A stretch of DNA of 64,000 nucleotides, taken from assembly GCA_965207885.1 (NCBI GenBank), contig OZ242311.1, positions 5,632,001 to 5,696,000 of the forward strand. The letters are read 5' to 3'. Positions 19,273 through 28,773 of the stretch are shown here, one piece after another. Both the position numbers and the translations under genes were made by a program. Each line of letters starts with the position of its first letter. Within the stretch, counting starts at the first letter, position 1. The notes beneath the pieces are model-generated. The model did no database searches and had not been told where the DNA came from. It was given only the letters and a program-made list of their open reading frames with translations. The DNA comes from Candidatus Latescibacterota bacterium (GTDB lineage Bacteria > Latescibacterota > UBA2968).

Positions 19273-20433
19273 ATGTTTTTCAAAAAAGCATTCCTATTTA
19301 TTACCACCCTTGCGTTGCTGGCCTTTGTGGGGCAAGCCTCTGCTGGTCCAAATGCAAATGCTATGCTATCGCTCGATCTCATTCCCGATGGCGGGTCGGG
19401 CAACCAGACAGATGATGGCGTTACCTCAGGTACTATCTCTGGACAGGGCACAAAAATTGCCGTTGAAGTCTTCGCAAAAGGTGTGAGCACACCTCTCGCT
19501 GGCGTAGTCGTCATATTCGATTTTGATCCTGCTATTTTGACTTTTGACAAAGCCGAAAACAGTGCGTTCGCCTTTGTTGTTCCAGAACCAGACTCGACTG
19601 GCACAAACTTCGCATCTGCTACCCTTGTCACCCTGCCGGAATCCGGTTTTATAGCACGCGCTGAATTTACCACTGCAGTGGATGTAACGGATAAGGCATT
19701 TACCCTTGGCATTAAAATGGTTACACTTGCTCAAAGCGTGGCATTGATCGACGAAATCACAACGACAAATATCATATCGTTTAACGAGCCTACAAGTGGC
19801 GAATTTGAAGGCATGCTACTCCACCTCGACACACAAATTGAAACACCCGCTGTACAGAACAACAGACTGATCATACCCGAACAAACAGCAGGCGATACGA
19901 TACAATTCCAACTCTTTGTTCCAATGGCCGCAGACAAACAAACTTATGGCTACGAAATAGAACTCGACCTGCCAGACAAGACATTTTTCGACTACATCGG
20001 CAACATATCGGGCACGAGTTTTACAGGTGCATCCCTGCGCCAAACACCGGACCGTCCTGTCTTATCGGCACTGCTCATCTCTACCCCCACTGTACCAGCC
20101 AATGGTTATCTCGGTCAAATTGACCTGCAAGTGACCAACACCCTTGAATCCGAAACAACCCTCATTGTCAAAACCACTTTAATGGCCGACCTCAGTGGAC
20201 AACAGGACTCATTGGATGTGTCCAACGCCGTGATCACTGTTGCTATCATTTCCGGCGATTTCGATGGCGACCACGACGTTGACTTTTCCGATTTTCTCGC
20301 CTTTACCGGCGTTTTTGGATTATCATCATCAGATGCCAATTACGATGCCCGTATGGATATGAACGACGATGGTGTCATTAACTTTGCCGATTTTCTCATC
20401 TTTGTTAGCGTCTTTGGCACCACATACTCATAG
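19273..20433 (+). CDS. Secreted protein with cohesin-like beta domains and C-terminal dockerin/EF-hand repeats
   Basis: Signal peptide ending ASA, and two Ca-binding loops GDFDGDHDVDFSDFL and DMNDDGVINFADFL. Confidence 0.7.
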   Translation: MFFKKAFLFITTLALLAFVGQASAGPNANAMLSLDLIPDGGSGNQTDDGVTSGTISGQGTKIAVEVFAKGVSTPLAGVVVIFDFDPAILTFDKAENSAFAFVVPEPDSTGTNFASATLVTLPESGFIARAEFTTAVDVTDKAFTLGIKMVTLAQSVALIDEITTTNIISFNEPTSGEFEGMLLHLDTQIETPAVQNNRLIIPEQTAGDTIQFQLFVPMAADKQTYGYEIELDLPDKTFFDYIGNISGTSFTGASLRQTPDRPVLSALLISTPTVPANGYLGQIDLQVTNTLESETTLIVKTTLMADLSGQQDSLDVSNAVITVAIISGDFDGDHDVDFSDFLAFTGVFGLSSSDANYDARMDMNDDGVINFADFLIFVSVFGTTYS

Positions 20434-20451
20434 TGCCTGGAAAATACTGGG

Positions 20452-20937
20452 ATGGAGATAACGATGAAAACGCTCATTAAAAAAAAATACCCTTATCAAG
20501 CGGCTGGGCGGACCTGGGTCATTCCAGAATTTCATCTGTCTAAGTTACCGGACGGAACAATCGCCATCCTCGAATCGGAAATTAACCGCATTCACTACGC
20601 AATTGCCAACGAAATCTGTGGCAATAAAGAGGGCTTGACAAAAGAAGAACTGGAGTTCTTGTGCGACATTACCCAAACTTCATTTTCAGAAATCGCAGAT
20701 TATCTGGGCATTCATCGAAGCACACTAACCAAATGGCGGACCACAGGTCAAATCCCCAAAAATGTCATGGGATTGGTTCTAAAAAAATGGTTCTGGTTCA
20801 AGCTCTTTGGACAAAAATTGGGCCAGCGGAAAATACCCATTGCCCAACTCAGAGACGAAGTTAGATTTCTTTCCTTTGCAAAAGCAGAAGCGATCGAGAG
20901 AAATTTGGCTGAACATGTCGAAATAATGAAGGCTTAA
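20452..20937 (+). CDS. XRE/HTH DNA-binding protein, MqsA-like antitoxin layout
   Basis: LTKEELEFL...SFSEIADYLGIHRSTLTKW helix-turn-helix. The start may be MKTLIKK. Confidence 0.55.
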   Translation: MEITMKTLIKKKYPYQAAGRTWVIPEFHLSKLPDGTIAILESEINRIHYAIANEICGNKEGLTKEELEFLCDITQTSFSEIADYLGIHRSTLTKWRTTGQIPKNVMGLVLKKWFWFKLFGQKLGQRKIPIAQLRDEVRFLSFAKAEAIERNLAEHVEIMKA

Positions 20938-20984
20938 ATCAACTTAAACCGTCGAGCTACCGCTCACTTAAAAAAGGATGTCAC

Positions 20985-22274
20985 ATGCCAGATCGTCCCA
21001 ATATCCTCTTCATCATCACCGACCAGCAATTCGCCGGGGCCATGTCCTGTGCGGGCAACCCCGATGTACACACCCCAAATATGGACAGCCTCGCCCAAAC
21101 CGGCGTGCGTTTCACCCGCGCCTATTGCACGCATCCCCTGTGCGGTCCCCAGCGCGCCAGCTATATGACGGGCCTCTATCCTCATCAAAACGGCGCCACG
21201 AGCAACGGCACCCCGATCAAAGCCGAACACAAAGGCAAAACCCTCGGCAACTTTCTCAAAAACGCGGGCTACGATTGCGCCCTCTCGGGCAAATGGCACG
21301 TCCCGGGCACCACACCCGAAGAAAGCGGCCTCGAAGTCATCTGCGGCAACCGCGACGACGAAGTGCCCCTTCGCGCCATCGAATTTATGAAACGCGACCG
21401 CGACAACCCCTTCTTCCTCATCGCATCATTCCTCAATCCCCACGACATCTGCCAGGTCGCCCGCAGTCAGCCGCTTCCGCAAGGACCCGTACCAGAACCC
21501 GCAACCATAGAAGAATGCCCGAACCTGCCCGCGAACTTCGCCATCCCACCCTACTCACCCGACATCCTGCAAATGCTGCGCCAGGCCAACCGCCGCGTCT
21601 ATCCCACCATCGAATACACCGAAGACGACTGGCGACGCCTCCGCTTCCTCTATTATCGCCTGTGCGAAAAAGTCGATGCCGAAATCGGCGTCCTCCTCAA
21701 CGGCTTGCGCGACCTGGGCCTCGAAGACGATACGTACATCGTCTTCACCTCAGATCACGGCGACGGACACGGCGCACACAATTGGAATCAAAAAACCAGC
21801 CTCTACGAAGAAGTCATCAACATCCCATTCATCATCAGCCACAAAGGCGTCACGCAACCCGGCGGCGTCAACGACACGCACCTCGTCTCCCTCGGCCTCG
21901 ACCTGCTCCCCACCTTATGCGACATAGGCAGTGCGAGCATACCCGATGGCCTCGACGGATTGAGCCTGCGGTCTCTCGCAGAAGGCAACACATCTGGCGA
22001 ATGGCGTGACGACCTCGTCGTTGAAACCATCATCGACCTCGGTTCTGGTCCAGGCGGTAGCGGTGCTTCGCGCGCCGTCCTCACCGACCGCTACAAATAC
22101 AGCGCCTTTCCCATGGGCCGCCACCGCGAACAACTCATCGACCTCCAAGACGACCCCGGCGAAATGGTCAACCTCGCCGTCAACTCGCGTTTCAAAAATG
22201 AACTCGACGACCACCGCCGCCGCCTGCGCGACTGGTGCGAAAAAACAAATGATAGGTCTTTTACAGGTGTATAG
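20985..22274 (+). CDS. Sulfatase
   Basis: RPNILFIITDQ, CGPQR (CxPxR), GKWH and SDHG. Confidence 0.92.
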   Translation: MPDRPNILFIITDQQFAGAMSCAGNPDVHTPNMDSLAQTGVRFTRAYCTHPLCGPQRASYMTGLYPHQNGATSNGTPIKAEHKGKTLGNFLKNAGYDCALSGKWHVPGTTPEESGLEVICGNRDDEVPLRAIEFMKRDRDNPFFLIASFLNPHDICQVARSQPLPQGPVPEPATIEECPNLPANFAIPPYSPDILQMLRQANRRVYPTIEYTEDDWRRLRFLYYRLCEKVDAEIGVLLNGLRDLGLEDDTYIVFTSDHGDGHGAHNWNQKTSLYEEVINIPFIISHKGVTQPGGVNDTHLVSLGLDLLPTLCDIGSASIPDGLDGLSLRSLAEGNTSGEWRDDLVVETIIDLGSGPGGSGASRAVLTDRYKYSAFPMGRHREQLIDLQDDPGEMVNLAVNSRFKNELDDHRRRLRDWCEKTNDRSFTGV

Positions 22275-22313
22275 TTTTACCGCTTAAATCTTTACCTTAA
22301 CAGGAGTTCCAAA

Positions 22314-23075
22314 ATGGCCGAAAACCTGCTCAAAAATAAACTCTCCGATGGCGGCGTTGCCATCGGACCCTTCGTCAACCTCAGCTCTGGCGCGCTCATC
22401 GAAATCGCGGCATACAGCGGATTTGACTTTGTCATCCTCGACACCGAACACGGGCCGCTCGACATTCCCACCTGCGAAGACCTCTGCCGCGTTGCACACG
22501 GCGTCGATATCACACCCATAGTCAGAGTCCGAGAAAATGATCCCGCACAGATCCTGCGCGCCCTCGACATAGGCGCTGGCGGCGTACAGGTACCGCAAAT
22601 CTGCAACAAAGCCGATGCCGAAGCCGTTGTACGAGCAGCCAAATATTCACCGCTGGGCATGCGGGGTGTCTCGCCCTATACCCGAGCAGCACGTTATTTT
22701 GCAGATGGTGGCGCCATATTTGAACGCCTCAATGCCTCATCGATGATACTCATCCATATCGAAGGCGTGGAAGGTCTTGAAAACCTCGAAGAAATCATCT
22801 CCGTTCCGGGTCTCGACGTCATCTTCCTGGGACCTTATGACCTCTCGCAATCTCTCGGCATACCCGGCCAGGTCAACGACCCGCGCGTGGTTGACCGAAT
22901 GCGCGAAGCCGCAAACTTAATCAACGACGCCGGACTCACCGTCGGCACATTTGCCGACTCTCCCGAAGCCGCCAACCGCTGGATTGACGCGGGCGTGGGC
23001 TACATCTCGCTCTCCGTTGACACGGGCATCTACCTCTACGGCTGCCGCCACATCCTTCGGGAAATCCGCACCTGA
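22314..23075 (+). CDS. HpcH/HpaI (GarL-like) class II aldolase
   Basis: GFDFVILDTEHG, PIVRV, ALDIGAGGVQVP, IEGVEG and FLGPYDLS. Confidence 0.9.
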   Translation: MAENLLKNKLSDGGVAIGPFVNLSSGALIEIAAYSGFDFVILDTEHGPLDIPTCEDLCRVAHGVDITPIVRVRENDPAQILRALDIGAGGVQVPQICNKADAEAVVRAAKYSPLGMRGVSPYTRAARYFADGGAIFERLNASSMILIHIEGVEGLENLEEIISVPGLDVIFLGPYDLSQSLGIPGQVNDPRVVDRMREAANLINDAGLTVGTFADSPEAANRWIDAGVGYISLSVDTGIYLYGCRHILREIRT

Positions 23076-23095
23076 CCTACCATCGCAATAAACAG

Positions 23096-23133
23096 AAAAA
23101 GGAGACACCGTCCGCCTGGTATCTCCTTTTTTT
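23096..23133. terminator. Bidirectional terminator
   Basis: AAAAAGGAGACACC...GGTATCTCCTTTTTTTT. Confidence 0.75.
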
Positions 23134-23197
23134 TCATCATAAGCTCTCGGGGGTATCGTGAGTGCTGATGGCTTTATTCGCCTGCACAATTTTTTAT

Positions 23198-23261
23198 AAA
23201 AAAAAGACAGTCAAGGGGAGACCTTGCTCCCGCGGTCCAATAGGTCAGACCTCTCGACTGT
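23198..23261 (-). ncRNA. Candidate small hairpin RNA of about 64 nt
   Basis: TAAAAT -10 box at 23274-23269. The predicted transcript's 5' end ACAGUCGAGAGG pairs with its 3' end CCCCUUGACUGU and is followed by U7. No ORF. Confidence 0.45.
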
Positions 23262-23329
23262 GCTGACAATTTTACTCAAAATCTATGTTCAATTCCCGTT
23301 TTCCAACGGGACGGGCTTTGGAAAATCGC

Positions 23330-23680
23330 TTAACCCTTGATGTAGGTCATAAAACTGAGGATAATAACCGCGACTGCAATGAGCAGAGACAACCATTTTA
23401 TGGTTTGCCCTTCCACGCGATTGATATCGCTTTTTAAATTGGTCTCCACGCGGTTAATATCGTTTTTTAAGGTACTTTCCAAGCGATTAAAGCCCGCGTT
23501 CATCTGGGTGATCAGTTGCTCAAAACGGTTGATCGTCTGATCTTCTATACGGTTAATATCTTTTGTGTTCTGTTCGGTCTGGTCGTCAAGCCCAACCCCA
23601 TTTTTTTCAATATTAATTAACCGCTGGTCTTGTTCGGCCACTTTTTTTTCAAGCCGTGCTATCTTCTCGGAATCTGTCAT
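23330..23680 (-). CDS. Small coiled-coil protein with 11-aa repeats and a C-terminal TM anchor (DUF1640/Bdr-like)
   Basis: LKNDINRVETN/LKSDINRVEGQ repeats, a hydrophobic tail WLSLLIAVAVIILSFM and an AAGGGAAG RBS-like sequence. Confidence 0.7.
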   Translation of the reverse strand: MTDSEKIARLEKKVAEQDQRLINIEKNGVGLDDQTEQNTKDINRIEDQTINRFEQLITQMNAGFNRLESTLKNDINRVETNLKSDINRVEGQTIKWLSLLIAVAVIILSFMTYIKG

Positions 23681-23752
23681 GACAATTCATCTTCCCTTTT
23701 TGTTTTGATACCCCTGATTTGACCACCGATACAGGTTAGACCTCTTGACTAT

Positions 23753-24180
23753 GTCAACTACCACCTGCTGAGCAGGTAGCTTGTCCCTGCCACACCTCCC
23801 GGTGCTTGACCCACCCATTGGAGGCAATGCAGCATATCCGAGCAAGGGCTTAGTGTTAAACCACTCACTGCGTGGCGAGACTTCAGGGCCGTTGACAGCA
23901 GCGGGTTGCGACCGCAGGTTTGGGTGGTCAGTCCCCTAACTGTGCCCCTCGGCTTTGCCAACAACACACCTGCAACCCATACGCCGTTGCTGACAAACCC
24001 GCCTTTCACTAACGTCACAGAAAGGATTTTGTTGCTATCCCACAACCGAAACCGTTTGCTCTCACAAGAGAGTGCCTTTGTGTGGGCCGTGATAGCAATT
24101 ACAATATACTCTCAAAACGGCTTAACGGCAAAGCCGATTATCTCTGACCACGCCCAAAGGACGTGGCTTCTGGAGGAAAA
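23753..24180 (-). mobile_element. Non-autonomous IS200/IS605 (TnpB-type) element, 428 bp, retaining both end hairpins and a probable omegaRNA region
   Basis: On the minus strand the left end has GAAG + hairpin CCACGTCC-TTT-GGGCGTGG, preceded by target TCAC. The right end has CAAG + hairpin ACCTGC-TCA-GCAGGT and ends GTAGTTGAC. No target duplication. The rejoined flanks match a paralogous unit at 23242-23285. Confidence 0.8.
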
Positions 24181-24186
24181 GTGATA

Positions 24187-24215
24187 ATTTTACTCAAAAT
24201 CTACATGCAAATCAA
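24187..24215 (-). promoter_or_regulatory. Putative sigma70 promoter now firing into the IS605-derived element
   Basis: Minus strand TTGATT-17 nt-TAAAAT, with the -10 box ending 6 nt before the element's left end. Confidence 0.5.
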
Positions 24216-24245
24216 GGGCGATTGCGATAAATATTTGGAAATGCA

Positions 24246-24285
24246 AAAAGGAGATACCGCCTGGCATCCCCTTTTTTATTTTTTT
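24246..24285. terminator. Terminator-like hairpin, similar in sequence to 23096-23133
   Basis: AAAAGGAGATACCGCCTGGCATCCCCTTTTTT. Confidence 0.55.
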
Positions 24286-24315
24286 ATGGCATCCTTCGCC
24301 ATATTTAATGCCTTA

Positions 24316-24636
24316 TTAAACCGGTGCTTGCAACACAAGGTTAGGCCGCTTAAGTCGTTCCTCGGCATTCTCAATCGGCCAATTCACAATATCTATTCCC
24401 GCGCCTTTAGCCCAGGCTAACTCACGTTTGACCCATTCTGAACGCCGCGAATTTGGCGAATCAAAAAGAAGTACGCTCGAAGATTTGCTAAGAGCCTGAC
24501 GAATTTGATCATCCATAGGTGCATCCAGATTGAGATGCTCGGAATCAATCCACACATCGCGACCCATACCTGCCAATTGCTTTGTCACGTCATGGACAAC
24601 TTCGGCGTCACGCCAAGAATAACAGATGAATATCAT
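24316..24636 (-). CDS. Stand-alone TIR domain protein (TIR_2)
   Basis: IFICYSWRD...VWID...IRQALSKS...SPNSRRSEWVKREL, with the catalytic Glu retained and an AGGAAG RBS. Confidence 0.88.
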   Translation of the reverse strand: MIFICYSWRDAEVVHDVTKQLAGMGRDVWIDSEHLNLDAPMDDQIRQALSKSSSVLLFDSPNSRRSEWVKRELAWAKGAGIDIVNWPIENAEERLKRPNLVLQAPV

Positions 24637-24743
24637 GCGTCACCATCTTCCTTTTGCTGATACTTGTGAACCAGGCAGTTGCCTTTCCATCTGTGTCTAT
24701 CTGCGTTCATCCCTGTTTTCACAGGGACATGCCTGCGGATAAC

Positions 24744-27700
24744 TTATAACACAATCTCCGCATCCGGATCACCAGCGGCGAGGGCGTTCATCCATGCGAG
24801 GCAAAGATCGCGGGAAAGGTAGCGGTCATAATCAGCAGTTTCCTGACGCTCGACAATGGGAAAAGTGGAATAGATGTAGCGAATATCGTCTCGGTCAGTG
24901 ATGCCGTAGAGGTGAAAGAACAAGGCATCGAGTTTGGCGCGGAGGTGGAGGCGACGATTTTCGTCCCATTGGAAGGGTGGGCCTTCGTAGCCGAGATCGC
25001 GGGCAAAGGGAGCCATATCGTGGGCAGTGTAGGTAAGTTCAAGGACAGCGTCGCGGACAATTTCGGCGACGGTCTTGGGGCCGAAGTAGGTGGACTCGTA
25101 GTGGCCGGGCAGAACGACGGGGAGTTGTTCCACAATGTACCAATTGAGCGTCGTTCCCTGCATTTTTTGTCGCGTTACATAGTCAAAAACTATTGAGTTG
25201 AAATTCGCTGTGATGAAACACTGTAATGAGGGGTCGCAATCGGCCGGTAAGAGAACATTGTTTGCATTGACCTCGTATGCAGCATAAGGCCCGATAGCCG
25301 CAATCATCGTTCTTATATTTGTCGGCGCGCCTATTCTCTTATAAGAAAGAACATAATCTCGCTTTAATTCAGTAGCGATATTTTCCACATGGAGCCAATA
25401 TTGCGGATCGGGCAACCAATTCGGATCTTGGTGTTGCTCCAACGTCGCCGATACGGGTTGCGCTGGGCGGTGAAGGTTATCTGGATTGATGACGATATCG
25501 GCGGCTCGGTGGTCATAAGCCTGCACCATCTTGCCCTCGTAAAGTGGGATCCACTCTCCGCTCGGACTGTTGAAGCGATTGCCTCCGATAGGATACGCGC
25601 CTTCCTCATCTTCCAACTCCTCCCGCGTGCGAAACAGGTGCGAGTCGTTGGTCATGTGAAACATCGTTGCGTATCTCACTGGCCAGGCCTTGACTTCATC
25701 TCCAGAAGAACGATCCATCAGCACGGGCAGGCGGCGGTAGATCGCGGTCGTCAATTCCGCGTCTCTGCGAGAGCGAAAAATGGGTGCAGTGCCGGTGTTG
25801 GGATTAACGCTGGCAAAATCCTCTGCCGTCAGAGAGAAGCAGCTATTCTCATCTTCCAATTCCGAAACATCCTGAAGGAAGAAGGCGCAGCGGGCGGAAT
25901 CATCCGTTGGCGATGGACTCGCCACAAACGCGCAGAACTTGAAACGGCTATCCACATCTGGGAAAAATGGCGGCACAGTGTAGCGCGTGCGGCGGTTCTC
26001 AAAATCGTACAACGCCCGCAACCGCCCCTCTGTCGCTACTGAGCGGAAAAACGGCGCAGCTGTCTTGTCAGAGGCAATGCCCGAAGGTGTTAGTAAGCCT
26101 ATTACGCCATCCCCCTTCACCAGTGCCATTGCCCGCTCCACAAACAGCGAATACAGGTTAATGTCTCCACGCGCTAAGAAGGGATAATCGCCCCATTTGC
26201 GCGCTACGCGACCCGCGGACTTAGCGCGTTCATCTGCTCGTTCAAACTCGACAAATAACGGATCGCCAGATTTCTGCAACGCCCCAATCATCCGCTTGCG
26301 GTCTGCCGCACGTTGGGCACTGGCAATTTCGGGCTGTCGCGCAGCAAACCACTCCACCTGTTGCAACTTCATCCTATCCCACGGCGGATTGCCGATCACC
26401 GCGTCAAAGCCGCCACGCGGTGTAGCAGATCGCCAATCTTGCCAAATGCCGGGAAACGCCACCTACCAGTTCAGAAAGCCCTCCTGGGCAATCTGCTCAC
26501 GCGCTTCGGTCAGCAATTCCACAAACCGCTTTGCCCCCGGCACATCCATCCTCACCTCGACTGTACCTGCCGCAATCTCCACAGGATTGCCAAACAGGCT
26601 ATCAAAAAAAGCGCGCAGGGCTATCTTATCCTTCTTCCCCCGCACATCCAACCACTCGAATGCGTGAATCAGCGACAAAAACGCATCCAATGGCTGCGTA
26701 CCCTCCTGCATATCCGCAAACAATTCCGCAGATCGCCCAGCCTCCTCAATCTCTGCATCAGTCAATTCTTCGATCAACTGCATCGCCTGTGCGGCCCCTG
26801 TTGCCCGTTGTATTGGCTCATTCAAAAACAGGGGGCTACCCTCTTCCATGGCCTTATCTATACCCTGACTGACCCAGCATCCAAACAAACTATCGCCACA
26901 CCGCAGATGATGATCCAAAAAACTCAGTGGCGCGCCCGCAGTGAATGAGTGTAGCCACAGCGACACCTTAGCCAGTTCCACTGCCATCGGATTCTTGTCC
27001 ACCCCATAAACACACCGCTTGAGCACCATACGTCGCACAATATGCCGGTCATCGAGTTGTGCCTCATCTATAGCCCACTCGCGCTGTTTGGCATTGGTCA
27101 AGATCGTCTGGCGAATGGCATCAATGCGCTCAGTCAGTGGCGAAACATAGCCCGTGCTATCTACTTCGGCCATTGCTGCAATGACGTGGTCGGAAAGGTA
27201 ATCCACCAAACTGACCAAAAAGTGCCCCGATCCCATTGACGGATCGCAAATTTTCAGATCGAGTAACTTCTCTGCTGGATCGACTTGCGCGAGTGCCTTT
27301 CGCTTAAATCCCTCGCCCACCTTACTGCGTGTAATTTCGTCAACCTGTTTGGCAAAAACATCCATACGTGTCTGCACCAATGGCTCAATCGTCTCCTTGA
27401 GAATCAGGCGCACAAGGGCATCTGGCGTGTAATAACTCCCCGACCCCTTCCGCGCAAACACATTCGGACGCACCACAATCTCGTCCTCTTCGCGCACGAC
27501 CTCGTGTTCGAGCAACCGCTCGTAAATCGACCCCAGTTGCTCAACGCTCAAGTCGCGGTAATTGATATACCGTCCATTCTCAAATGAAAGCGCGTCAATA
27601 ACATCGGCCACCACCTGATCGCCCAGCTTAATCTGAGCCAATAGGGGTGTAATTTCCTGGTTAAATAAACCGCCGTTATACGGTGGCAGACCAATGGAAG

Positions 27701-28754
27701 AATCTCCCTCATCAATGGCGCGACAAAGGTCATCAATAGCCGAATAATAGCGTGCAGCAGTCTCGGAGAACACATCATCTCGTGCTTTCCGTCCCCCAAT
27801 GTCATCGCGTACCCGGCGCAAACAGTAATCATCATAACGCTCATCGCGCACCGGCAGCAGGTTGCGATCCTCTGCATACAAAATAAAAAGCAGGCGATAG
27901 AGCAATATCAGGGCTGCATCGCGCACCTCTGACAAGGGTGCATCCGGCGCAACAGCAGCAATAGCACGGGCCAAATCGGGAAAAACCCGAGAAAAGACCA
28001 CCCCGGACAGACTATTCGCCACGCGCTCCTGATAGAACCGTCCCTCGTCAAGCACACGATCGTGAAAGGTACGCGTATCCTCCGCACTCGGCAGAAACGC
28101 ATCTCGCCCGAAAAACAGCGCGAACAACTTCAAACAATAGCGTCGCTCATCCTCGGAGAACGCATCAAGACCGAATACCGCCGCGAGATCTATCTCAAAA
28201 AACTGCTCGGAAACAGACCGCGCCCCCTGATAATAAAGCCGCCACTGCGCGCCATTTGTGAGAATGCCCCAGCGCAACTTGCCTTCCGTCAAATCATCCA
28301 CCCGACGCAAATAGCGAAGCATCTGTGTCGAGGGCGCCGTTACCTGCTGGTCAGACCGGCGGTCAAGTGGCAACCTCCACCGCTTGGACTCCACAATTGC
28401 CAGCCCCCACTCGTAGCGTTTCCACTCCTCAGCGAAATCATTGGCACGCGCCTTGTGTGTATCGTCCTCAAACAAAAGACCATCAGGTACATCAGCACGA
28501 CCCCGAGGCGTCAGATTTTGTTGCGTCAGGTAATCTGTCCATCCGAGGCAGTTGAGGATAGGCCAGATCAAATCGTCTTCGGTCTGGCTTTCATTGGGGT
28601 TCTGATCAATTGGGAAGGCATTGAAGATATTTTGAAGTTCGGTCTCAAATACCTCCCCATCATCCCACCTCTGCCATTCGTCCATCTCCTGGACAGCATC
28701 TATGAGAAAATCGCTCGTGAACAGACCGCCCTGTAACACGCGCACAATATTCAT
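24744..28754 (-). pseudogene. Type IIG (Eco57I-like) restriction-modification enzyme interrupted by one in-frame TAG at 26463-26465
   Basis: The N part has VPDGLLF...IVESKRW (PD-(D/E)XK), YNGGLF, LGSIYE, GSYYTP and DPSMGSGHFL. The frame continues ...FLNW-TAG-VAFPG... into GGFDAVIGNPPW and a target-recognition region. Confidence 0.85.
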
Positions 28755-28773
28755 AGAATGATTTACATTCACA

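Noticed and set aside
20978-22009. 343-aa Arg/Pro-rich alternative-frame ORF
   Set aside because: Out-of-frame shadow of the sulfatase caused by codon bias.
23198-23261. SRP (4.5S) RNA or tRNA
   Set aside because: It lacks the SRP domain IV CAGG...GGAA...AGCAG motif and has no cloverleaf or T-loop.
23758-24184. ORFs 23758-24045 (-) and 23906-24184 (+) as a TnpB or IscB fragment
   Set aside because: No RuvC, zinc-finger or HNH motifs. The region is better explained as a non-coding IS200/IS605 derivative. A plus-strand HEARO/IscB reading was considered because of the GTCAACTACC start, but no iscB follows and the interior resembles tnpB 3' ends on the minus strand.
24686-24742. ATCTGTGTCTATCTGCGTTCATC... 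short repeat (a comparable low-complexity GGAT-rich run lies at 33562-33605)
   Set aside because: It resembles common short intergenic repeats but is too short and single-copy here to call.
26463-26465. Genome-wide TAG reassignment or pyrrolysine
   Set aside because: TAG ends several intact genes in this window at their expected C-termini, and no pyl genes are visible.
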